Origin: Vicinamibacteria bacterium
GTDB lineage: Bacteria; Acidobacteriota; Vicinamibacteria; Marinacidobacterales; Marinacidobacteraceae
Direction: 5' to 3'
Length of the DNA stretch: 64,000 bases
Assembly: GCA_963668695.2 (NCBI GenBank)
Contig: CAXXLQ010000004.1
Location: forward strand, 160,001-224,000
A model generated the notes under the pieces. That model was not told the origin of the DNA and did not search any database. It saw nothing but the letters and a program-made list of their open reading frames with translations. Positions 29,075-39,251 of this stretch are shown here, piece after piece. Position numbers and translations under genes: made by a program. The first letter of the stretch is position 1; each line of letters begins with the position of its first letter.

Positions 29075-29770
29075 TTAACAGCCTGTGGTGGAACCCGGGT
29101 GAGCGCCGAGAGCAGCGAGGCGCCCGCCTGACAAGGCGCGTGAGGGAGGAATACCGCGTGTATTCCGACCGAAACGCAACGATGAGCGGCGCGAAGCGAC
29201 GCGGTTCAGGCGGGATGGATCGCCGCTCGAACGCCGCCTGGGTTTCGCCACAGGCTGTTAACAGCCGGTGGTGGAACCCACGTGAGCGCCGAGCCCGGTG
29301 AGGCCCAGTTCTCCCGGTGGGGCCAGTCCTCCCGGTGGGGGCCCGGCTGACAAGGCGCGTGAGGGAGGAATACCGCGTGTATTCCGACCGCAACGATGAG
29401 CGGCGCGAAGCGACGCGGTGAACAGCCGGTGGTGGAACCCGCGTGAGCGCCGAGGCCGGCGAGGCCCAGTTCTCCCGGTGGGGCCAGTTCTCCCGGTGGG
29501 GGCCCGGCTGACAAGGCGCGTGAGGAAGGAATACCGGGTGTATTTCGACCGAAACGCAACGATGAGCGGCGCGCAGCGACGCGGTCAGCCGGGATGGATC
29601 GCCGGCCGAGCCCCCACCGGGAGAACTGGGCCGCGCGGGTTTCATCACAGACTGTTTGGCCGGGATGGATCGCTGGCCAAACGCCGCGTGGGTTCCACCA
29701 CAGGCTGTTCGGCCGGGATGGATCGCCGGTCGAACGCCGCGTGGGTTTGCCACAGGCTGTTAACAGCCGG
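29075..29770. mobile_element. Tandem/composite MITE-like elements, family A
   Basis: TTAA junctions at 29075, 29258 and 29760 with repeated terminal inverted repeats. Confidence 0.85.
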
Positions 29771-29840
29771 GAACGGCCCCGCCTGAGTTTCGCTCCCCGG
29801 CGGGGAGCGATGCCGGTCGGAGGCCGGCGCTCCTGGGGTC

Positions 29841-30210
29841 CGAGCCGCTCGTAAGCCGAATTCTGTTCCCTGGCGCGGTTGCCCGCGGCGGGGTGACGGT
29901 CATGCATCTAGCCCGGCGGTTACCCGACGGGTCAAGCGACCTACCCGGAAGCTCGGACAGGCGGCCCTCGGGTGCTTCCCTATTTGGTCTTGCTCCATGC
30001 GGGGTTTACCGTGCCCTGGACATCGCTGCCCAGGCGGTGCGCTCTTACCGCACCTTTTCACCCTTACCGCTCCCCGGAGGGAGAGGCGGTTTGTTTTCTG
30101 TGGCACTTTCCTTCCGGTCACCCGGACTGGGGGTTACCCAGCGCACTGCCTTGCGGAGTTCGGACTTTCCTCCCGCTCCCGAGGGAGCCGGCGACCGTCT
30201 GAACGACTCG
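29841..30210 (-). ncRNA. rnpB: RNase P RNA (bacterial type A)
   Basis: GAGGAAAGTCC, GAAAGTGCCACAGAAA, GGTAAACCCC, AACAGAATTCGGCTTAC; P1 pairing cgagtcgttc/gagcggctcg. Confidence 0.97.
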
Positions 30211-30224
30211 AACCGGGCGGAATT

Positions 30225-31610
30225 CTAGCGGCCCGGAGTTCCCGCCTTCGCGATGCGGCGAGCGAGAGCCTCAGGATCGATGCCAAGGCTGCGGGCGGCC
30301 CGGTCACGGTCCCCGTCGCAGGCGGCCAATCTGCGCTCGACGAACCGACGTTCCTTGGTTGCCAGATACTCGGCGAGTCCTCCCGAGTCCTCGGGCGGCA
30401 AAGTCCCCGAAAGGTGCTCGCGCACGTCCTCCTCGCCGATCTCATCTCCCGGGCTCAGGATCAGGAGGCGTTCCACGAGATTCCGGAGCTCCCGGACGTT
30501 CCCCGGGAACGACTGCGTGGCGAGGCAGTCGAGAGCGCCATCGGTGAACGGGCGGGGACGCTGCCCGCCCACCTGGAGCTGTTTCAGGAAGTGGGTAACG
30601 AGCAGCGGAACGTCCTCCGGGCGGCCCCGGAGGGGAGGCATCCGAATGGGAATCACGTTCAGACGGTGGAGCAGATCGCTGCGGAAACCCTCCTTCGCAA
30701 GATCCTGATTCGTCGCGGACAGAACGCGGACATCCACTTCCACGGCTTTTGAACCCCCGACCCGGGTGATCCGATTTTCCTCGAGGGCTCGCAGCACCTT
30801 GGCCTGGGTCCGAGCGCTCATATCCCCGACTTCGTCGAGGAACAGCGTGCCCCCGTCGGCTTGCTCGAATTTCCCCACCATCTGCCGGTGCGCACCCGTG
30901 TAGGACCCCCGCTCAGCTCCGAACAGTTCGCTTTCGATGAGTTCCTCGGGGATTGCCGCGCAGTTGACCTCGACAAAAGGTCCACCGGCGCGGCCACTGC
31001 GGTGGTGGAGGAGCCGCGCCGCCACTTCCTTGCCGGTGCCGGACTCGCCGGTGATAAGCACCCGCACATCGCTCGGCGCCACGCGCTCGATGCGCTCCCG
31101 CACTGCCGCAATGGCCGGGGACCGGCCCACGAGCTGCCGGTGTTCTCCCTCCTGGCTGCGGTGCATTTCCACCTCGGCGACCAGGCGGCGATTCTCGCTT
31201 TCAAGCCGCTTCCTCTCCAGCGTCCGCGTTTTGTCGATCGCCATGCGAAGACAGGCGCCGATGTCTCCGCCCCCGCCCTTTTCGAGGAAGTGGGCGGCGC
31301 CTTCCTGAATCGCCCGCACCGCGGTCTCGATGTCGCCGTGACCGGTGTGCATCACGACCGCCACCGATGGTTTCTCGGCGCGAATGCGCCGGAGGACTTC
31401 CATTCCGTCCATCCCGGGCATCTTGATGTCCAAAACCACGAGATCGCACGGCTCGCGCTCCAGCGCGGCGAGCGCGTCGGGGCCCGAAGCGGCTTCGAAG
31501 ACCGTCCAACCCTCGTACCGCAATCGGCGGCGGAGCGATCTGCGAATTACCGCCTCGTCGTCTACGACAAGTACCGCGATGTCCTCATCGCCGGAGACTG
31601 GTATCGGCAT
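30225..31610 (-). CDS. Sigma-54-dependent response regulator (NtrC/NtrX family)
   Basis: REC domain DIKMPG, GESGTGKE, ESELFG, GSYTGA (GAFTGA variant), C-terminal HTH. Confidence 0.94.
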   Translation of the reverse strand: MPIPVSGDEDIAVLVVDDEAVIRRSLRRRLRYEGWTVFEAASGPDALAALEREPCDLVVLDIKMPGMDGMEVLRRIRAEKPSVAVVMHTGHGDIETAVRAIQEGAAHFLEKGGGGDIGACLRMAIDKTRTLERKRLESENRRLVAEVEMHRSQEGEHRQLVGRSPAIAAVRERIERVAPSDVRVLITGESGTGKEVAARLLHHRSGRAGGPFVEVNCAAIPEELIESELFGAERGSYTGAHRQMVGKFEQADGGTLFLDEVGDMSARTQAKVLRALEENRITRVGGSKAVEVDVRVLSATNQDLAKEGFRSDLLHRLNVIPIRMPPLRGRPEDVPLLVTHFLKQLQVGGQRPRPFTDGALDCLATQSFPGNVRELRNLVERLLILSPGDEIGEEDVREHLSGTLPPEDSGGLAEYLATKERRFVERRLAACDGDRDRAARSLGIDPEALARRIAKAGTPGR

Positions 31611-31621
31611 TCAGACGGATG

Positions 31622-31808
31622 CTAGCAACCTGTGGTGAAACCCAGGCGGCGTTCGAGCGGCGATGCATCCCACCTGAACCGCGCCGCGTTGCGGCGCTCT
31701 GCGTTGCGTTTCGGTCGAAATACACCCGGTATTCCTCCCTCACGCGCCTTGTCAGCCGGGCGCCTCCCCGCTCTCGGCGCTCACCCGGGTTCCACCACCG
31801 GCTGCTAG
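31622..31808. mobile_element. MITE-like element, family A
   Basis: ctagcaacctgtgg...ccaccggctgctag. Confidence 0.88.
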
Positions 31809-32256
31809 CCCGGCTGCGGCGCAGAGCGCCTCGAACCTTGGCCGAAGCAACCCGGTGTCTCCGCGGTCGGCAACCCACGCCATTCGGCTGCGGGCGGCGG
31901 ACAGGAGCTTCCGGCTTCCACGAACCCCTCCGAGATCGTTCTTGAGCGCTGCCGCCGCCAGTTGAACGAACGCCCGGAGCACTTCTCGCTCGGGCGTCTC
32001 CCCGGCGTCTTCCCGATCGGCGGCCCGCCAGAGTTCCTCCCAGATAGCGTGGGCCTCCCACCAGTACCCGGCGCGAAACAACTGCTCCCCATACCGGAAG
32101 AGCGGGGCCTCCGGCAGCGCGGACAGTGGGACCGGTGGGGCCGGAAGGAGACCTCTCGGAAGATGCTCGAGGAAGCGGTGACCGCCCGGGTCCCGTTCGG
32201 GATGGGGAGTGCGGCCGGGCCGGTGCCGATAGGGAGGAACTGGAAGACCCGGTAGG

Positions 32257-32644
32257 CCAGCAGCCGGTGATGGAACCCCCGTGGCGTTCGGCCGGCGATC
32301 CATCCCGGCCAAACAGCCGGTAGTGGAACCCACGGGGCGTTCGGCCGGCGATCCATCCCGGCTGAACCGCGTCGCTTCGCGCCGCTCATCGTTGCCTTTC
32401 GGTCGAAATACACTCGGTATTCCTCCCTCACGCGCCTTGTCAGCCGGACCCCCACCGGGAGAACTGGGCCTCGCCGACCTCGGCGCTCCCGCGGGTTCCA
32501 CCACCGGCTGTTCACCGCGTCGCTTCGCGTCGCTCATCGTTGCGTTTCGGTCGAAATAAACACGGTATTCCTCCCTCACGCGCCTTGTCAGCCGGGCGCC
32601 TCACCGACCTCGGCGCTCACGCGGGTTCCACCACCGGCCGCTAC
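32257..32644. mobile_element. Composite MITE-like element, family A
   Basis: cagcagccggtgatgg...ccaccggccgctac. Confidence 0.82.
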
Positions 32645-32647
32645 CGC

Positions 32648-33658
32648 TCACCGCTCGCGCCAGATCACGAATTCGGCAAGCGCTTCCAGACCGTCCCGGT
32701 AGGACGAAGGCGGGACCGGGGCGAGGGCCTCCCGAGCGGAAGTTGCGAAACCTTCCGCAACCCGCCGCGCCTCGTCGAGCCCGCCCTGACGCTCGACCAG
32801 CGTGAGGATTTCCTTCTGCTGATCGGGAGTCAGGTCGCCACTGTCGAGCACTTCCTCAACGAGGGACGCCGCCGCCGGTTCCCGCTCGAGGGCGTGGAGG
32901 ATCGGCAGGGTCAGGTGCCCTTCTTTCAGGTCGCTGAGCACAGGTTTGCCCACCATGGCAGCGCTGGCCGTGAAGTCGAAGAGGTCGTCAGCTACCTGGA
33001 ACGCCATCCCAAGATTCATGCAGTAGTCGCCGAGGGCCCCTTCCACCTCGGGCGGCGCTCCGACCATCATCGCCCCCATCTTGCCGCAGCCATGGAAGAG
33101 GTAGGCCGTCTTGAGCCGCAGGATCCGCAGGTGCTCCTCGCGGGTCAGGCCCAGGATCCCACCTCGCGCCTTCTCGAGCAGCATCCCTTCGATCATGCGC
33201 ATCGTGAGGTCGCACATCGTCGCGACGATCCGCGGATTCCCCTGCTCCACGGCCAGCGCCATGGACTGGATGTAGAGGAAATCACCGATCAGGACCGTGA
33301 GGTCGTTGCCAAGCAGGCTGTTCAGCGAGTCCTGCCCCCGGCGGGTATCCGCCTCGTCGACGATGTCGTCGTGGACGAGCGTCGCGGTGTGCATGATCTC
33401 GACCATCGCCCCGTAGTAGGGGGCTCTGGTGGCCGGCTGCCGGCTCTCGGGGCTGCCCGCGGCGCGCGCCGCGATCAGCAGCAGCATGGGGCGGAGGCGT
33501 TTGCCCCCGCTCCGGTAGAGGTACTGACTGGTCAGCTTCACGAGCTCCAGGTCGCTTTCCACCCGGGCGGCCAGGATGCGCTCGACTGCGGCCAGATCCG
33601 GAGCCAGTTCGGCCTCCAACTCGGAGAGCAGGCTCCCGGGGCTCGAAACGGACAGCAT
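32648..33658 (-). CDS. ispB: Polyprenyl (octa/heptaprenyl) diphosphate synthase
   Basis: GGKRLRP, LVHDDIVD...RRG, KTA, FQVADD. Confidence 0.93.
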   Translation of the reverse strand: MLSVSSPGSLLSELEAELAPDLAAVERILAARVESDLELVKLTSQYLYRSGGKRLRPMLLLIAARAAGSPESRQPATRAPYYGAMVEIMHTATLVHDDIVDEADTRRGQDSLNSLLGNDLTVLIGDFLYIQSMALAVEQGNPRIVATMCDLTMRMIEGMLLEKARGGILGLTREEHLRILRLKTAYLFHGCGKMGAMMVGAPPEVEGALGDYCMNLGMAFQVADDLFDFTASAAMVGKPVLSDLKEGHLTLPILHALEREPAAASLVEEVLDSGDLTPDQQKEILTLVERQGGLDEARRVAEGFATSAREALAPVPPSSYRDGLEALAEFVIWRER

Positions 33659-33681
33659 TACCGGATTTGCTTGCGATTATC

Positions 33682-34530
33682 TCACGCGGTGCGCTCTGCC
33701 GGGCTCGCGTCCGGTGATCGCCGGCGGCTGAAGAAAAAGCGCCGGAAGTTGGCGTCGGTAGCCGCCTCAATTGCCTCGAGCCCGGCCGAGCGCACCGCAG
33801 CGAGGCACCGGGCGGTCTCCACCACCATGGCGGGTTCCCCGCGCCGCCCGCGGTGCGGCACCGGGGCCAGGTAGGGACAGTCGGTTTCGACAAGGAGATG
33901 CTCCAGTGGCACCAGGGCGGCCGTCCGCCGGAGCTCTTCGGCGTTCTTGAAGGTGAGGATTCCGGAAAAGGAAATCAGGAAACCGCGTTCCCAAGCGGCG
34001 CGGGCAAGCCGTTCGCTCCCCGTGAAGCAATGCAGGATGGCCCCGCATTCCGCGAGTTCTTCCTCGTCGGCGATCTGCAGGAAGTCATCCTCCGCATCGC
34101 GGTGGTGCACCACGACCGGGAGTCCCAGCTCCCGCGCCACCCGGATCTGGCGCCGGAACACATCCTGCTGTTCGGGGCGCGGGCTCAGGTCGTAGTGGTA
34201 GTCGAGCCCCACTTCGCCGATGGCCAGCAGCCGCGGCCGGCGAGCGAGGCCGGCGAGACGCTCCTCCCCGCCAAGCTCGCCGAAAAGCCGGGCATCGTGG
34301 GGATGGCAACCCAGGGTCGTGAAGAGCTGCGGCAGGTCCGCGTCGGCGTGATCTTCCCCGTTCGGGTGGACATCATCCACGAGCGAAAAGGTCTGCTTCC
34401 AGGAGGCCTCCTCATCCAGCATTCCGATGGAGACGATGGTGGAGACGCCCGCCCGCCTGGCCCGCTCCAGCACTGCCCGTCGATCGGGGTTGAAGGCCGG
34501 CTGGTCGAGATGACCGTGGGAGTCGGTCAT
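33682..34530 (-). CDS. tatD: TatD family hydrolase
   Basis: DSHGH, GCHPH, IGEVGLDY, HCFTG, ETDCPYLAP. Confidence 0.95.
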   Translation of the reverse strand: MTDSHGHLDQPAFNPDRRAVLERARRAGVSTIVSIGMLDEEASWKQTFSLVDDVHPNGEDHADADLPQLFTTLGCHPHDARLFGELGGEERLAGLARRPRLLAIGEVGLDYHYDLSPRPEQQDVFRRQIRVARELGLPVVVHHRDAEDDFLQIADEEELAECGAILHCFTGSERLARAAWERGFLISFSGILTFKNAEELRRTAALVPLEHLLVETDCPYLAPVPHRGRRGEPAMVVETARCLAAVRSAGLEAIEAATDANFRRFFFSRRRSPDASPAERTA

Positions 34531-35756
34531 CGCGAGCCATCCGGCGCGGCAGACTCAGGCGGGTCCGGCGCGCCTCCTTCGCTGGTCGGATTCCCGAACG
34601 CGGGAAGGGGCGCCCCCAGGGCCTCCCGGTGAATCTCTTTCAGGGGGACCCCGGTGCGCTCGGCCAACCGACGGCAGTCCTCGAATTCCGGAGCGCGGTT
34701 GATCACCCTTCCGTTGCGCAGGCCCACCTTCACACCCACCGGGCCCCACGGAGTCTCCACCCGCAGCGTCCGTCGTTCAAGGGTCTCCCGCTCCGCCTCC
34801 CTGATCCGGACTCCGAGCGTCGTGCTCTCCCGGAACAGCGTGGCTACCACCGCTTCGCGGCGCCCGGGATCGGCGAGCGCGGTAAGGGTCAGGCCCGGGC
34901 GGCCTTTTTTCATCTGCACCGGGGTGAAGAAGGCGTCCCGGGCTCCGGCGGCGAGCAGCCGGTCCAGGAGATGCGGCGCGATTTCGGGCGGCAGATCGTC
35001 GAGGGTCGCTTCCACGACGACCACCGCGTTCCCGGAACCGTCGGGCGCTGACCCGAGGACGGCGCGGAGCGCGTTGGGGCGCCCTTGCTTGGGATCGGCC
35101 GAGCCGAGGCCGTATCCGATCCGTTCCGGGGCAATCGCCGGCCAACCGCCGAAGGAGTCGGCGAGACCGGTCAGTACGGCTCCCGTGGGGGTCGTGCGCT
35201 CAAAGCCGGAACCGTCCGCAAAGGTGGGTATCCCCCGCAGCAACAGGGCCGTCGCCGGGGCCGGAATCTCCAGGGTTCCGTGCTCCGCCTCGACCGAACC
35301 GCTTCCCACATTCACGGGTGAGCCCACCACCGCATCGGGAGCCAGATACGCCACTCCCGCCACCGCTCCCACGATGTCGACCAGAGTGTCGAGAGATCCC
35401 AGTTCGTGCAGGTGCACCGATTCCGCCGACTTGCCGTGGATCTGCCCTTCGGCTTCGAAGATGCGCCGGAGGAGCTCTGCCGCCCGCCTCGAAACCTCGT
35501 CCGGCAGCCCGCTCCGGTCCAGCACGTTCAGGAAGTCCTTGAGATGGCGATGCCCGCGATCGTCGGCGGCCTCAACACGCGCCTTGATCCCGCGAAGTCC
35601 TCCCCGGGAACTCTCATCGAAGGAGACGGAAACCGGGGACCGAAGCGCCGCAACGGTACTGGAGAGCACCTCGCGCGGCACTCCCACATCCACCAGCGCG
35701 CCGAGCAACATGTCCCCCGAAACGCCGGCGGACAGGTCAAGGTAGAGGATGCGCAC
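34527..35756 (-). CDS. larC: Nickel pincer cofactor biosynthesis protein LarC
   Basis: GVSGDMLLGAL, VHLHELG, IPAPAT, TPTGA, QMKKGRPG, TTLGVR, PEFED. Confidence 0.93.
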   Translation of the reverse strand: MRILYLDLSAGVSGDMLLGALVDVGVPREVLSSTVAALRSPVSVSFDESSRGGLRGIKARVEAADDRGHRHLKDFLNVLDRSGLPDEVSRRAAELLRRIFEAEGQIHGKSAESVHLHELGSLDTLVDIVGAVAGVAYLAPDAVVGSPVNVGSGSVEAEHGTLEIPAPATALLLRGIPTFADGSGFERTTPTGAVLTGLADSFGGWPAIAPERIGYGLGSADPKQGRPNALRAVLGSAPDGSGNAVVVVEATLDDLPPEIAPHLLDRLLAAGARDAFFTPVQMKKGRPGLTLTALADPGRREAVVATLFRESTTLGVRIREAERETLERRTLRVETPWGPVGVKVGLRNGRVINRAPEFEDCRRLAERTGVPLKEIHREALGAPLPAFGNPTSEGGAPDPPESAAPDGSR

Positions 35757-36133
35757 GGGAACGGCGGATTTTAGGAGCCTGTGGACCAGGTCAGGCGGCC
35801 CAGTTGCTGTGAAAATGCAGTCGCGCCGGGACGCCAACAGCCCGGATGCCGCGACCGCTCACCGCTCCCCCACCCTGAGGCCGCGCCTTTTTCATGACCG
35901 GCGGGGCGTGTGGGCGGACCCGATCATGGGGGTTTCTCCCGCGGGGGCCTCGGCGCCCGCCGCACTTTGTCTACCGGCTCCTGGAAGCGGGACGCCGCGC
36001 GGCGTCGTCCGACCGCGCCACGGACCGGCCGGCGAGGCGTCAGCAGGTCCTGAACTCGAAGCAGGTACTCTTGGCAGTGCAGGACGCCCCAAGCCGGATC
36101 GGCGTGACGGCGCGGCAACGACGGATTCCGCTG

Positions 36134-36616
36134 ATGAGTACTTTCGTAACCACGCCAGAGAGCCCGGCTTCGATGCGTGAAGAAGCGTTTCGACGCCTGC
36201 AGGAGTTCACCCGGGAACGCGGTTTGAAGAAATCCCGGCAGCGGGACCTCATTCTGGACCGTTTCCTCGGTCTCGGCGGACATGTCTCCGCCGACGACCT
36301 CCATGGCGACGTGCGGGAGGCGGACGCCTCCATCGGCCGGACAACCGTCTACCGGGCTCTCCGCCTCTTTTGCGAAGCCCGCATCGCGACCTCGATTGAC
36401 CTCAAGGACGGTCTCACCCGGTTCGAGCCGGCGCTTTCGCGGGGACATCACGATCACCTCATCTGTGTCCGTTGCGGCCGGATTGACGAGTTCCTGTCGC
36501 CGGAAGTGGAGCAGCGGCAAGAGGAGATCGCAATCGAACACGGCTACCGGCTCGTCTGGCACCGGCACCAGCTCTACGGGGTCTGCTCGCACTGCCAAGG
36601 AGCCGCCCGAGACTAA
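36134..36616 (+). CDS. fur: Fur family transcriptional repressor
   Basis: TTVYRAL, HHDHLICVRCG, YGVCSHC. Confidence 0.92.
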   Translation: MSTFVTTPESPASMREEAFRRLQEFTRERGLKKSRQRDLILDRFLGLGGHVSADDLHGDVREADASIGRTTVYRALRLFCEARIATSIDLKDGLTRFEPALSRGHHDHLICVRCGRIDEFLSPEVEQRQEEIAIEHGYRLVWHRHQLYGVCSHCQGAARD

Positions 36617-37233
36617 CAGCCTGTGGCAAAACCCACGCGGCCCAGTTCTCCCGGTGGGGCTCGACGGGCGATCCATCCCGCCCAAACAACCGGTGATGAA
36701 ACCCACGCGGCCCAGTTCTCCCGGTGGGGGCTCGGCCGGCGATCCATCCCGGCTGAACCGCCTGTAGTGAAACCCGCGCGGCCCAGTTCTCCCGGTGGGG
36801 GCTCGGCCGGCGATCCATCCCGGCTGAACAACCGGTGATGAAACCCACGCGGCCCAGTTCTCCCGGTGGGGGCTCGGCCGGCGATCCATCCCGGCTGAAC
36901 CGCGTCGCTTTCGCGCCGCTCATCGTTGCGCTTCGGTCGGAATACACTCGGGCCAGTTCTCCCGGTGGGGGCTCCTCCCTCACGCGCCTTGTCAGCCGGG
37001 CGCCTCGCCCCCACCGGGAGAACTGGCCAGCCTCGGCGCTCACCCGGGTTCCACCACCGGCTGTTCACCGCGTCGCTTCGCGCCGCTCATCGTTGCGTTT
37101 CGGTCGAAATACACCTGGGCCAGTTCTCCCGGTGGGGGCTCCTCCCTCGCGCGCCTTGTCAGCCGGGCCCCCACCCCCACCGGGAGAACTGGCCGGCCTC
37201 GGCGCTCACGTGGGTTTCACCACAAGCTGTTAA
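36613..37233. mobile_element. Composite MITE-like element, family A, with internal ~70-bp tandem sub-units
   Basis: ctaacagcctgtgg...ccacaagctgttaa; begins at the fur TAA stop. Confidence 0.87.
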
Positions 37234-37247
37234 CGGCGCCCGGCGCT

Positions 37248-37928
37248 TCAGAGCGCGCCCGCTTCGCTGAAGCTATGCCATTTCCCGGCGCCGATCACCA
37301 GATGATCGAGTACCGGGATTCCCATGATCGCTCCGGCTTCCTGAAGGCGCCGGGTGAGTTGACGGTCCGCCTCCGAGGGCTCGGGATCTCCCGAGGGGTG
37401 ATTGTGGAACAGGATCACCGATACCGCCTGATAGGCGGCGGCAAGCCGGAATAGATCCCGGGGATGGACCGGGGCTCCGGTAAGCGAGCCTCGCGAGATG
37501 ATTTCGGCCCGGCGCAGACAGCCCCGACTGTCGAGCATCAGGATCCCGAACTCCTCGACTTCGCAGTTCCCGAAGCGGGCGATGAGATAGCGCGCCACCT
37601 CCGCCGGGTTTCGGAAGCACGGCACCTGACCGTCCGCCGGATAGCCCGCCCGGCGCCCTAGCTCGAGGGCGGCGGCCAAGCGGATGAGCCGCGCCCGTGA
37701 AAGCCTCTCAGCCAATTGGCCAAGCGGAGTCTGGCTGAGACGCGCGACACCCCCCACGTCCTCGAGCAGGCCGCGGGCCAGATCGTTTCGACCCGGACCG
37801 AGCACGAGACCGAGCAACTCGGCGCTGGTCAGGGATCGCGCCCCGTTCTCCAGGAGCCGGTCGGCGGGGCCGTCCCCCGGCAGCGCCCGGCGGCGCGCCG
37901 GAACCCGAACGGAGTAACGCGGCCTCAC
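37248..37928 (-). CDS. radC: RadC / JAB-domain protein
   Basis: ELLGLVLG, ALELGRR, VHPRD, HNHPSGDPEPSEAD, LDHLVIG; start uncertain. Confidence 0.92.
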   Translation of the reverse strand: MRPRYSVRVPARRRALPGDGPADRLLENGARSLTSAELLGLVLGPGRNDLARGLLEDVGGVARLSQTPLGQLAERLSRARLIRLAAALELGRRAGYPADGQVPCFRNPAEVARYLIARFGNCEVEEFGILMLDSRGCLRRAEIISRGSLTGAPVHPRDLFRLAAAYQAVSVILFHNHPSGDPEPSEADRQLTRRLQEAGAIMGIPVLDHLVIGAGKWHSFSEAGAL

Positions 37929-37981
37929 CGGCCCTTTGGCGGTGGGCCGGCGAGATCCCGGACGGGGAGAGCGGGGAGGCG

Positions 37982-38581
37982 TCAAGACCGAGGGGACGGG
38001 CGCCGGCGGAAAGCGCGGGCCGTAGCGCAGAGCCCGTTCATCCAGGGTGCGTAGCGGGTGGAGTCTCCCGCCGGTTCGAAGCCGGCCCGGAGTAGCACCC
38101 GCTCGGAAGCAACATTGCCCGGGACCACCAATCCGAACAATTCCGCCCCGTCGAAGCGGGCCACTGCGAAACGGACGGCGCCCTGCACGGCCTCGGTCGC
38201 GTAGCCAAGCCCCCAGACCGGCCTCGCGAAGCAATAGCCGATCTCCACCAGGCCGGGCGCCTTTTCTTCGAGGCTGAGACCGCCGCGTACCCGCACGCTC
38301 TTCCGCTCCACGACGGCCAGGTCGAGGCGCGACCCGTCGGGAGACCGGGTGTGCGCGATGGCTTGTCGCAGGAAACGAAGCGTTTCGGATGCGGGATTCG
38401 GCCCCCAACGAAGGAAACGGGTGACCTCGGGATCGCTCGCGTACTCATGGACGTCCGAAAAGTCCGCCTCGCGAAAGGGCCGAAGGATGAGGCGCTCGCT
38501 ACGGAGCGGGAGCCCCGCCGGGCGAGCCCCTTCCCTATCCACGCTGAATCGTGCTCCGTCGGCTCGTTTCAGCGAGCCCAT
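37982..38581 (-). CDS. RimJ/RimL-type GNAT acetyltransferase
   Basis: ERLILRPF, EIGY...WGLGYATEA, NVASERVL; start uncertain. Confidence 0.85.
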   Translation of the reverse strand: MGSLKRADGARFSVDREGARPAGLPLRSERLILRPFREADFSDVHEYASDPEVTRFLRWGPNPASETLRFLRQAIAHTRSPDGSRLDLAVVERKSVRVRGGLSLEEKAPGLVEIGYCFARPVWGLGYATEAVQGAVRFAVARFDGAELFGLVVPGNVASERVLLRAGFEPAGDSTRYAPWMNGLCATARAFRRRPSPRS

Positions 38582-38628
38582 CTGCTCCTCCGGATCCACG
38601 ACGGATGGAGATTGGGGCCCCTCATCGG

Positions 38629-38749
38629 CTGACAATCTGTGGATGGAGCGACGTGAGCGCAGCGAGCGGCCAGTCCTCCCGGTGGGGGGCAGTTCAGCAG
38701 GGATGCATCGCCGCTCGGACGCCGCGTGACTTTGTCCACAGGCTGCTAG
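38629..38749. mobile_element. Short (internally deleted) MITE-like element, family A
   Basis: ctgacaatctgtgg...ccacaggctgctag. Confidence 0.75.
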
Positions 38750-38789
38750 GGAGCGAGGTCGCGTCAGGCAGGGAATTCAGGCGGGGGAT

Positions 38790-39239
38790 TCAGGCAGGGG
38801 ATTCAGCCGCCTGTTTCAAATCCTCAAGATCTTGCTCGATCATCTTACGGAGGCTTCGGAGCATGACGGCGCTGAAGAGAGCGAAGAGCCGGGCGAGGAA
38901 GGTCACCGGACGGGCGGCGAAGACCATGGTGACCCGGGTGCCGTTGCTCTCGGGTTCGAAGGTCATTTCGGTGCGGTAGTGCGCGCCGTGCGACTCCGCC
39001 TCCACCACAAACCGCCGGGGCGCCTCGAACGCTGTCACCCACATCTCTTCGGTGGCCGGTCGGCCCATCATGGTCCGGGTTTCCCGCCAGCGGCTGCCTT
39101 CTCCGACCGGCCCTTCGGTCAACACCTCGACGCTATCGATGCCGGACACGGTCGCCGCAAGGTTCTCGAGGTCGGTCGCGATCCGGAATACCCGATCGGG
39201 CGGCGCCGCGATGGTCCTTTGAACTTCTACGCTGGGCAC
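38790..39239 (-). CDS. SRPBCC (polyketide cyclase-like) family protein
   Basis: IAAPPDRVF...GSRWRETR...DLEDLKQAAE. Confidence 0.85.
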   Translation of the reverse strand: MPSVEVQRTIAAPPDRVFRIATDLENLAATVSGIDSVEVLTEGPVGEGSRWRETRTMMGRPATEEMWVTAFEAPRRFVVEAESHGAHYRTEMTFEPESNGTRVTMVFAARPVTFLARLFALFSAVMLRSLRKMIEQDLEDLKQAAESPA

Positions 39240-39251
39240 GAGGGCGGCAGT

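Larger units (their letters stand above)
31611..32651 (-). pseudogene. DUF309 domain protein interrupted by MITEs near both ends
   Basis: PYRHRPGRTPHP and YWWEAHAIWEELW; removing both MITEs restores a GTG overlapping the ispB stop and ...GLASV* abutting the next ATG. Confidence 0.78.

Noticed and set aside
23305-37233. ORFs containing PHRENW / GPVLPVG / SSPGGG / PTGRTG peptides
   Set aside because: They are translations of the MITEs and the 18-bp unit in several frames, not genes.
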